In this document: in pieces, positions 42,399-50,466 of the stretch
How the letters are laid out: each line of letters begins with the position of its first letter
Position numbering within the stretch: position 1 is the first letter of the stretch
From: a virus
Direction: 5' to 3' (one strand)
DNA: 50,650 nt
IMG/VR virus record: IMGVR_UViG_3300034682_000034
Span: 1 to 50,650 of that record
Notes under the pieces: model-generated
The model's input: only the letters and a program-made list of their open reading frames with translations
The model's database searches: none
What the model was told of the DNA's origin: nothing
Made by a program: the position numbers and the translations under genes

Positions 42399-42534
42399 AG
42401 TGCTAGGGGGTAGGCAGGGGGTTGGGGGTGGTTCAGTAGGGTGCATTGACCCTAAAAAATTTCTTATAAAAATTATCATATACGGAGGTCTACAAAATTT
42501 ATGAAAAAGTACAAAGTTCGAGGAATTAATTATA

Positions 42535-42819
42535 ATGTTTATTGATGATTTTGATGGTATTCTAGCTAAGCTTCCCGGTATTATCGGAAGTGCAGGTGCC
42601 TTATATTGGCTAAAAGGCCCTTGGACTAAGAAGATTTTCCTCTTCTTGCTTGGTGTAGCAGCCAGTGTGTATGGTACACATGATTTTGCCAATGCTACAG
42701 GGTGGTCTGAAGGTCTCTCTGGGTTTATTATTGGCTTGTTTTCTATGTATGTGGCAGATTGGATGTTTATGAATGGTCCTATGCTATTGAATAGATGGTT
42801 TGGAAAGAAAGAACAATGA
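42535..42819 (+). CDS. Holin (putative, three hydrophobic segments)
   Basis: 94 aa with GIIGSAGALYWL, IFLFLLGVAASVYG and LSGFIIGLFSMYVADWMF, and a basic C-terminus. Its stop overlaps the endolysin ATG. Confidence 0.65.
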   Translation: MFIDDFDGILAKLPGIIGSAGALYWLKGPWTKKIFLFLLGVAASVYGTHDFANATGWSEGLSGFIIGLFSMYVADWMFMNGPMLLNRWFGKKEQ

Positions 42820-43334
42820 AGACATTGTATATTTCAGCAGGACATTCTGATGTACAGCCAGGGGCAGTTGCCAATGGTAAGCAAGAGAATAAGGTTGTTC
42901 TTGAGTTTAGAGATTTAGTGGCTAATGAGCTTAGGAAGCTTGATTGTATCTTCGGAACTGATGGTGTTGAAGGTCAGAATTTGACATTGAATGAATCAGC
43001 TAATACAGCTAAGAACTATGATTTGGCTGTTGAATTTCATTTGAATGCAGGACCAGCTACAGCTACAGGGGTTGAAACCCTTTCAGCTCCTAAAGACTAT
43101 GCTCTGTGTAATGAGATTTGCTCAATCATCTCTGATTCTTTAAATATTAAGAATAGAGGTGCTAAGCCTGAAGATTCAGGGCAACATAAGCGTCTCGCTT
43201 TCGTACAAGCTGGAGGTATTATTGTTGAGCTTTTCTTCATTACAAATAAACAAGACCTCAGTAAGTATGAACAAAATAAGCTTAAGTTAGCTAAAGAGGT
43301 AGCAGATGTTCTTTACAAAGCTTCCCAGCGTTAA
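42816..43334 (+). CDS. Endolysin, N-acetylmuramoyl-L-alanine amidase (Amidase_3 type)
   Basis: ISAGHSDVQPGA, AVEFHLNAG and GVETL. The start is taken at Met8 of the ORF-track entry (ATGA overlap with the holin stop). Confidence 0.85.
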   Translation: MKTLYISAGHSDVQPGAVANGKQENKVVLEFRDLVANELRKLDCIFGTDGVEGQNLTLNESANTAKNYDLAVEFHLNAGPATATGVETLSAPKDYALCNEICSIISDSLNIKNRGAKPEDSGQHKRLAFVQAGGIIVELFFITNKQDLSKYEQNKLKLAKEVADVLYKASQR

Positions 43335-43827
43335 GACAATAGCTATTGTAGCCATTTTAAGCCTGTTTACAGGACTTTTATGTGGTAGTTGGTACCTAGG
43401 TAGCCAAAGTGGTAAAAAGAGCGTACAGAGCCTCTGGGATAAAGATAAACTAGCTTATTCTGCTCAAATTGAAAAGTTGAAAAGTGAGTATGAAGTAAGA
43501 GAAAATAGTTACCTACAATCTCTTTCAAAAAAGGAAAGGGAGTATAATATTGAAAAAGGGAAATATGAAGCTTACCTTGCTGAGCTTAATCGGTCTTATG
43601 CTGATCGGCTGCTCAAGTCTGAACAACGAGCACAAGTATATAAACGTAAAGCCGAAGGCTCCCCAATTGAGCGAGACAGTCTTGCAAGCTATGCAGCCTC
43701 TCTCGACAAATCTCTTGAAGAAGGGAGAAGCTTGGAACAAGAATACAGAGCTACTGTTGAACAGCTTGAACGAGACAAACACATCCTCTCAACACAAATA
43801 ATTGAATTAGTAAAACTATATGAGTAA
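43306..43827 (+). CDS. i-spanin (Rz-like)
   Basis: N-terminal TM IAIVAILSLFTGLLCGSWYLG followed by a long coiled-coil-type sequence. Confidence 0.7.
   Translation: MFFTKLPSVKTIAIVAILSLFTGLLCGSWYLGSQSGKKSVQSLWDKDKLAYSAQIEKLKSEYEVRENSYLQSLSKKEREYNIEKGKYEAYLAELNRSYADRLLKSEQRAQVYKRKAEGSPIERDSLASYAASLDKSLEEGRSLEQEYRATVEQLERDKHILSTQIIELVKLYE
43565..43801 (+). CDS. o-spanin (Rz1-like lipoprotein), fully embedded in the i-spanin gene in another frame
   Basis: MKLTLLSLIGLMLIGCSS has a signal peptide and an LIGC lipobox. The mature part is short and contains Pro. Confidence 0.75.
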   Translation: MKLTLLSLIGLMLIGCSSLNNEHKYINVKPKAPQLSETVLQAMQPLSTNLLKKGEAWNKNTELLLNSLNETNTSSQHK

Positions 43828-46498
43828 AATCAATATTCCACCAGTATCTGGGGGTTTCAATCTCAGTCAGATTAATAGTAATTTTGACCAGATTGAACAG
43901 CATCTGAATGATCGTGTTCTGTATCGAGACGTACCTACTGGTGAGCCAAACCAGATGGTTAATGATTTGGATATGAACAGTTATCGTATCTACAACCTAC
44001 CTGAACCATCACTAGACCATGAACCAGCTAGGTTTAAAGAAATTAAAGAGATTGGGCCTCTTGCGCAGGGATATGCAGAAGCGGCTAAAGCAGAAGCAGA
44101 TAGGGCTAAATACGAAGCAGACAGAGCTTTCCAATCTGCTGTCTACGGAGGGGCTGATAACTTAAAAGTGTTCAATGACTACGCATCCGCCTCAGTTGCT
44201 GCGGCTACACTGCCGGATGATCAGGTTGTGGAAGCTCCAGACGCTAATGGTCGCCTTTCGATTTTTGAGGTGCAGAGTGGTGCTTTGGTATTCAAGGACT
44301 TTGCCCCAAATGCAATCCGCCTCCAGTCCTACACAGAGCTGCGCACCTACACCGGCGCTTCGCAAACGGTTGATGTATCCGATCCGGGTGTTGCCGGTCG
44401 GTTCAATCGTGACGACGCGGATACAGTAACAACGGACAACGGCGGCACTGTCATCGTCGATGGATCAGGGCGCCGCTGGAAGCGGGTCTTTAGTGGAGGG
44501 GTTGACCTGCTTTGGTTTGGAGCTGTTGAGGGGCAGAACTGCGCATCTGCGATTGTTGCTGCATCCGCCGCTACTGTGGGTGTGATCATTGTGCCTCCTG
44601 GTGGGTTCGTAGCTACAGCCACCACGTTAAATTCTGCCACCCTGTTATCTGTGCTGAACCGTATTCGTTGCTATGGAACTCTGACCATCACTTGCGCAGC
44701 CGGTACGCACAACTTCACCAGTCAGGCGATTGTCAATTCGCCAGATGCCCAGCGCATTCAGATTCTCGGCGCCACGACAATCAGTACCACGGCAAACAGC
44801 CAGATTTCCGTAAGCGGAAGTGCGAAAAATTACAGCGTCACAATTGGAGTTGCTTCCTCCGCTGGCGCTGCTGTTGGTGACTATGCTCTGATTCGTACTG
44901 ACGTAACAGGCACTGGCGACTTTTACGCCCATGCAGGCGTATGGAAAATCACCGCTGTCGACTCAGGCGGTTCCAACCGGCTCACGCTGCTCAACACACA
45001 TCATGGGGCTGCGTTCCCGACAAACACCCTGACGGGTGGCACGGTGGTTGTGCTAAAGACCATCCTAAAGTTCACAGGCTGTGATGGTTTCCGGTTCGAG
45101 GGTGGTCAACCGCTTGGCCTGCTGGATCGCGTGGCTATTGTTGGTGACTACGATGTAGCTGCCGCCACCGGGACTACCGGAGCACACGGTATCGTCATGT
45201 CAGCCCCGGTTATTGTCGGTGGTGCTTCCAGCAACGCAGCTCACAACATGACAGGAAACGCCGTCATTGGCGCATCTGTAGGTGTGTCTGCGTTCGGGGA
45301 GCAAGGCATTGCAGTGTCTGGTCGCTGCACCCTTCTAGCCAACTTTGTAGCCTCCTGCTCAAACAGAAAGCGCGGGTGGTACGCAGAAGGCGGCCACATC
45401 CGCAGCAAGTTTGTAATTGGATCAGGAAATGGAGAAGACGGATTCATTTCTGACGTTTCTGGGGCGATTCAGGCAAATAACAGCATTGCTAGCGGCAACG
45501 GCCTAGACGGATTCTGGAGCACTAACAATTCGTTTCTTGCTTGCGCAACGTCTTACGCAACCGGAAATCTGTCTCACGGTTTTGAAGCTCGTGGTCTGAC
45601 TAGGTTGTCAGGAGATGGATCAGTTTCTCTAAACAACGGAGGGTCTGGTTTTAGTGCTTCTGACGGAGGGATGATTGATGCAGACAACGCTACAGCTTCT
45701 GCAAATGGAAATAGCGGATTTTATGCATCTTCAGGGAGCGTTATTGACGCTGATAACTCCACTAGCACTAGCAACACAGGGTACGGATATCGCGGAGAAT
45801 ACAAGTCAGTAGTTAGGGCTGCAGGGAGCACAGTTAGCGGAAACACGACAGCAAGCTATTACAGCCGTAATAGCGTGGTTTTTGAGTCTAGCGGCGCGGT
45901 TGCCGTAAATGATATTGGTGATTATTCAGTTGCACCACGTTTTTACAACACTGCAAAAACAAATTATTTCTCCCCAGTTTTAACTGCGATTGGCGATCTA
46001 GTTTGGACAAACGGGACAAACCGTTTCGTTATGAAAGCAGACGGTACGTTTCACCCATCTGCCGATAACGCGCAAGCCCTCGGTCGTGCTTCCGAACGAT
46101 GGTCCGTTGTTTACGCTGGTACTGGCACGATCAACACTTCTGACGAGCGAGATAAGCAGCAGGTGCGTGACTTGTCTGCCGCAGAGCGAGCAGTGGCAAC
46201 ACGCCTGAAATCTCTGGTGAGGGCTTTCAAGTTCAACGACGCAGTTGAGGCCAAGGGAGAAGGAGCACGCATTCACTTCGGAGTCATGGCTCAGGACGTA
46301 AAGGAAGCATTTGAGGCTGAGGGGTTGAACGCGTTTGAATATGCACTTCTCTGCTACGACGAGTGGAGTGATGAATATACCGAAATTCTGGACGACACGG
46401 GGCAGCCGACTGGAGAACAAATTCTGACAACGCGAGCAGGAAACCGCTACGGAATCCGCTATGAAGAACTGCTTGCGTTCATCGTATCAGCTCTGTGA
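43820..46498 (+). CDS. Tail fibre/tailspike with a parallel beta-helix and a C-terminal S74 intramolecular chaperone domain
   Basis: N-terminal anchor motif NQMVNDLDMNSYRIYNLPEP. Repeats of the form GNGxDGF/NNGGSGF/ANGNSGF/SNTGYGY. C-terminus NTSDERDKQQV...IHFGVMAQDV...YEELLAFIV. Confidence 0.85.
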   Translation: MSKINIPPVSGGFNLSQINSNFDQIEQHLNDRVLYRDVPTGEPNQMVNDLDMNSYRIYNLPEPSLDHEPARFKEIKEIGPLAQGYAEAAKAEADRAKYEADRAFQSAVYGGADNLKVFNDYASASVAAATLPDDQVVEAPDANGRLSIFEVQSGALVFKDFAPNAIRLQSYTELRTYTGASQTVDVSDPGVAGRFNRDDADTVTTDNGGTVIVDGSGRRWKRVFSGGVDLLWFGAVEGQNCASAIVAASAATVGVIIVPPGGFVATATTLNSATLLSVLNRIRCYGTLTITCAAGTHNFTSQAIVNSPDAQRIQILGATTISTTANSQISVSGSAKNYSVTIGVASSAGAAVGDYALIRTDVTGTGDFYAHAGVWKITAVDSGGSNRLTLLNTHHGAAFPTNTLTGGTVVVLKTILKFTGCDGFRFEGGQPLGLLDRVAIVGDYDVAAATGTTGAHGIVMSAPVIVGGASSNAAHNMTGNAVIGASVGVSAFGEQGIAVSGRCTLLANFVASCSNRKRGWYAEGGHIRSKFVIGSGNGEDGFISDVSGAIQANNSIASGNGLDGFWSTNNSFLACATSYATGNLSHGFEARGLTRLSGDGSVSLNNGGSGFSASDGGMIDADNATASANGNSGFYASSGSVIDADNSTSTSNTGYGYRGEYKSVVRAAGSTVSGNTTASYYSRNSVVFESSGAVAVNDIGDYSVAPRFYNTAKTNYFSPVLTAIGDLVWTNGTNRFVMKADGTFHPSADNAQALGRASERWSVVYAGTGTINTSDERDKQQVRDLSAAERAVATRLKSLVRAFKFNDAVEAKGEGARIHFGVMAQDVKEAFEAEGLNAFEYALLCYDEWSDEYTEILDDTGQPTGEQILTTRAGNRYGIRYEELLAFIVSAL

Positions 46499-46608
46499 TC
46501 TATCGTGACGCCATAATCGCTCCAACTAGAGGGTGTTTATTTTAAACTCTCAAAACTATTCCGCGAAAAAAAAATAAGATAATATCGTTAACTCTTAGAA
46601 AGTAAATA

Positions 46609-47112
46609 ATGGAAATAACACGAGAAATGCTCGTGGATGATCGGGGGAGGTATAAAACCCTCTCCCTTTTCCTTGAAATTGCATACGATAAGGATGCAAT
46701 ATTCACACTCAAGGATTATGACCACGAATACAATGGTAAAATGTATTATTCTTTGAAGAAACTGTTTCTAGAAGAATCAGACCCTACTGAATATGCATTT
46801 GCAAATAAATACTTAGCTGGTTGGGACCATTGGCAGAAAATCTGTAACAATAAGGTTTTATCTCTACATGTGGATAAGTGGAGATCGGAATTGGAACTAA
46901 AATTACGTTCTGAAGGTATCCAACACATCCTTAAAAGTGCTCGTAAAAAAGGCAATTGGCTAGCTGCTAAATTCCTTGCTGAGAAAGGCTGGGAAACAAG
47001 GCAAGCAGGTCGCCCTTCTAAAGAAGAAATTGAGAGAAACATTGCAATTGAGTCACAAATTCAAAATGAATTTTCTGATGATATTGCTCGATTGAGGGTT
47101 ATAAATGGCTGA
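46609..47112 (+). CDS. terS: Terminase small subunit (putative)
   Basis: 167 aa, overlaps the TerL start by 8 nt, with a basic helical C-terminal half. Called on position only. Confidence 0.5.
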   Translation: MEITREMLVDDRGRYKTLSLFLEIAYDKDAIFTLKDYDHEYNGKMYYSLKKLFLEESDPTEYAFANKYLAGWDHWQKICNNKVLSLHVDKWRSELELKLRSEGIQHILKSARKKGNWLAAKFLAEKGWETRQAGRPSKEEIERNIAIESQIQNEFSDDIARLRVING

Positions 47113-48712
47113 AGTAAACTGGCTGGTGTTAGCCAATAAAAAACTAGAGAAAATGCCAGATGAGGCAAAAGAAGTTAGAGAACTAGCTCTTAACGATCTG
47201 TATACGTTCGCTAGGTTGGTTAATCCAGGCTACGTTTACGGTGAAGTTCATCAAAAGACTTTTAAATGGCTAGAGAGCTACTCTTTGTATGGGAGTGGGT
47301 CAGGAACTGCTAATAAACTTATCATGTTCCCGCGAGCACATTTAAAAAGTCATATGGTTGCTACGTGGGCTGCTTGGATTATTACTAGGCACCCAGAAGT
47401 AACAATGTTATATGTTTCTGCTACATCTACACTAGCTCAAACACAGCTTTATGCTATTAAAAATATCCTTGATTCTACTGTATATCAAAGATACTTCCCA
47501 GAGTACATCCATCCGCAAGAAGGTAAGCGTGAAAAATGGACAAATGAGGTAATTTCAATTGATCATATTAAGCGTAAAAAAGAAGGTATCCGGGATGCAA
47601 CCATTGCTACGGCAGGTTTGACAACCAATACAACTGGTTGGCATGCGGATATCATTCTTGCTGATGACCTTGTTGTACCTGAAAATGCATACACAGAAGA
47701 TGGAAGAGAGTCTGTACGTAAGAAAAGTTCTCAATTCACATCTATCCGAAATGCTGGTGGATTTACTCTGGCTTGCGGAACCAGATACCACCCTAACGAT
47801 ATCTATGCCACTTGGAAAGCGCAAGAATATGAAGTTTTTGATGATGAAGGGCTAGTAATCGGTAAGGAAAAGGTATGGGATATTCAAGAGTACGCTGTAG
47901 AACAAGATGGTATCTTTATCTGGCCAAGAACAATTCGACCTAGTGATGGTAAAGCATTTGGATTTAGTAATCAAGTGCTAGCCCGTATTAAAGCTGAATA
48001 CGAAGACAAAACACAGTTTTTTGCTCAGTATTACAATAACCCTAATGATCCTGGATCAAATCGAATCTCAAGAGAATCTTTTCAATACTATGATCGTAAG
48101 TTCTTAAACATGAAGAACGGTTACTGGTATTTTAAAGATAAACGGTTAAATGTATACGCTTCTATCGACTTTGCTTATAGCTTGTCTAAAGCAGCAGATA
48201 ACTCGGCTATTGTGGTAATTGGTATTGATAGTGACGGATTTATTTACGTACTCGATATTTCAGTGTTCAAGACAGACAGAATCTCGGAATACTTCAAACA
48301 GATTGCAGCACTACACAGTAAGTGGCAGTTCATGAAACTTCGTGCTGAAGTTACTGTTGCTCAAGTTGTGATCGTTCGTGACTTGAAAGAAAAGTTAAAA
48401 GAAGAGGGTATGAGTCTTTCTATTGAAGAATATCGCCCAAGCCGTAAAGAGGGCACTAAAGAAGAAAGAATTGCTTCTGTTCTTGAACACCGCTATGATT
48501 CAAGACTTATTTGGCATTTTAAGGGTGGATATAACGAGGTTCTAGAAGAAGAACTTGTTCTAGCAAGGCCCGCACATGATGACGTTAAAGATGCTCTTGC
48601 GTCCGCAGTAAGTATTGCAATACGGCCTAAATCTGACCGTATTTCTAGTAACAAACAACAATCCAGTGTAAAGTTTAACTCCCGATTTGGTGGTGTTGCT
48701 TTCTCTAACTAA
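47105..48712 (+). CDS. terL: Terminase large subunit
   Basis: Deviant Walker A FPRAHLKSH, Walker B DIILADDLV, and nuclease-domain-like YASIDFAYSLSKAADNSAIVVIG. Followed by the portal gene. Confidence 0.85.
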   Translation: MAEVNWLVLANKKLEKMPDEAKEVRELALNDLYTFARLVNPGYVYGEVHQKTFKWLESYSLYGSGSGTANKLIMFPRAHLKSHMVATWAAWIITRHPEVTMLYVSATSTLAQTQLYAIKNILDSTVYQRYFPEYIHPQEGKREKWTNEVISIDHIKRKKEGIRDATIATAGLTTNTTGWHADIILADDLVVPENAYTEDGRESVRKKSSQFTSIRNAGGFTLACGTRYHPNDIYATWKAQEYEVFDDEGLVIGKEKVWDIQEYAVEQDGIFIWPRTIRPSDGKAFGFSNQVLARIKAEYEDKTQFFAQYYNNPNDPGSNRISRESFQYYDRKFLNMKNGYWYFKDKRLNVYASIDFAYSLSKAADNSAIVVIGIDSDGFIYVLDISVFKTDRISEYFKQIAALHSKWQFMKLRAEVTVAQVVIVRDLKEKLKEEGMSLSIEEYRPSRKEGTKEERIASVLEHRYDSRLIWHFKGGYNEVLEEELVLARPAHDDVKDALASAVSIAIRPKSDRISSNKQQSSVKFNSRFGGVAFSN

Positions 48713-48720
48713 TAAATAAA

Positions 48721-50466
48721 ATGGCTAATACACCTTTAGAACTTGATAAAAAATGTGGACGAGACGGTCTTGCTAAAGCAATTGGCATGTACTGGTCTAC
48801 ATGGAATATGCAACGTAACCCAAAAATCCAAGAATGGAAGGAACTACGTAATTATCTTTTTGCTACCGACACATCCACAACTTCTAATAACTCACTCCCT
48901 TGGAAAAATAAAACAACATTACCTAAGCTGTGTCAAATTCGGGATAACTTGCACTCTAATTACATTTCAGCACTATTCCCTAATGATGAGTGGCTTTCTT
49001 GGGAGGGTTATTCTGTTAACGATAGCATTCAAGAAAAGCGAAAAGCTATTGAAGCATACATGTCAAATAAATGCAGGATGGGTGATTTCAGACAAGTGAT
49101 GAGTCAACTTCTCCTTGACTATATTGACTATGGTAATGCTTTTGCCACTTGTGACTTTATTAGTAACCTTCGTGAAGGCGTTAATGGTGAAATAATCCCC
49201 GTGTTTATTGGTCCGAAGGCTCGTAGAATCAGCCCAATGGATATTGTGTTTAATCCTTTGGCAACTTCTTTTGAAGAAAGCCCGAAAATTGTACGATCTT
49301 TGGTAACAATTGGTGAAATCGCTGCTTTGGCAGATTCTAATCCTGATAATACATATCTTACGGATGCTCTAAAACGCCGTAAAAAGATTCAAGCTCGTCC
49401 AGGAGCATACGGTTTTGAAGATGCTGCAAAATACGAAGGTATTCAGATTGACGGTTTTGGCAGCTACATGGAATATCTTACTTCTGGCTATGTTGAAGTT
49501 TTGAACTTCTATGGAGATATATACGATGAAGACTCTGGAGAGTTTCTCAAAGGGTACCGTGTGGTTGTTATCGACCGTATGTGGGTTATTGAGAAAGGTC
49601 CAATCCCTCAATGGTTGGGTGGTGCTCCTATTTATCATTGTGGCTGGAGAACTCGGCCTGATAACTTATGGGCTATGGGTCCTTTGGATAACCTGGTTGG
49701 TATGCAATATCGTATTGATCACCTGGAAAACTTGAAGGCTGATGCAATGGACCTCGCTGTAATGCCTCCATTGGTTATTGCTGGTGAAGTTGAAGCATTT
49801 ACTTGGGAACCTGGAGCAGAAATTCATCTAGATGAAAATGGAACAGTTACCGAACTTGCTCGTAATGCTCAATGGGTGATTCAAGCAGATAATGCTATTC
49901 AGTTGCTTGAACAACGTATGGAGATGTATTCTGGCGCCCCTCGTGAAGCTATGGGTATTCGTACCGCTGGTGAGAAAACTGCATTTGAAGTTCAACAGTT
50001 GCAAAATGCTGCTGGTCGAATCTTCCAGGAAAAGATTACACACTTTGAGACAATGTTGATGGAGAAGCTTCTGAATGCAATGTTGGAGACTTCTGTACGT
50101 AATCTTGACCGTGTAGACGTTGTAAGGGCCATTGACAATGATTTAGGGGCTCAAGTATTCCTAGATATCACCAAGGACGATATCACGGCTAATGGCGTTC
50201 TACGCCCCATTGGAGCACGTCACTTTGCAGCACAAGCCCAAATGATGCAAAACCTAACAGGTGTATTCAACAGTCCTGTTGGACAAATGATTGCGCCTCA
50301 TGTGAGCACAAAGAAACTAGCAACACTGGTTGAAGACATGATTGGTATCGGGAGATTCCAAATCATTAAACCTTTTGTTCAAATTGAAGAACAACAAGAA
50401 CTTCAAACTTATGCAAATACTGCTCAAGAAACAATGATTGAGCAAGACAACCTACCAACACCATGA
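48721..50466 (+). CDS. Portal protein
   Basis: 581 aa, immediately after TerL and before the scaffold/capsid genes. Confidence 0.75.
   Translation: MANTPLELDKKCGRDGLAKAIGMYWSTWNMQRNPKIQEWKELRNYLFATDTSTTSNNSLPWKNKTTLPKLCQIRDNLHSNYISALFPNDEWLSWEGYSVNDSIQEKRKAIEAYMSNKCRMGDFRQVMSQLLLDYIDYGNAFATCDFISNLREGVNGEIIPVFIGPKARRISPMDIVFNPLATSFEESPKIVRSLVTIGEIAALADSNPDNTYLTDALKRRKKIQARPGAYGFEDAAKYEGIQIDGFGSYMEYLTSGYVEVLNFYGDIYDEDSGEFLKGYRVVVIDRMWVIEKGPIPQWLGGAPIYHCGWRTRPDNLWAMGPLDNLVGMQYRIDHLENLKADAMDLAVMPPLVIAGEVEAFTWEPGAEIHLDENGTVTELARNAQWVIQADNAIQLLEQRMEMYSGAPREAMGIRTAGEKTAFEVQQLQNAAGRIFQEKITHFETMLMEKLLNAMLETSVRNLDRVDVVRAIDNDLGAQVFLDITKDDITANGVLRPIGARHFAAQAQMMQNLTGVFNSPVGQMIAPHVSTKKLATLVEDMIGIGRFQIIKPFVQIEEQQELQTYANTAQETMIEQDNLPTP

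Noticed and set aside
42446-42480. A sigma70 promoter for the lysis cassette built on TTGACC at 42446-42451
   Set aside because: No acceptable -10 hexamer lies at 16-18 nt spacing; the best candidates are AAAATT and TAAAAA. Late genes are more likely driven by the phage sigma, so I did not call a promoter here.
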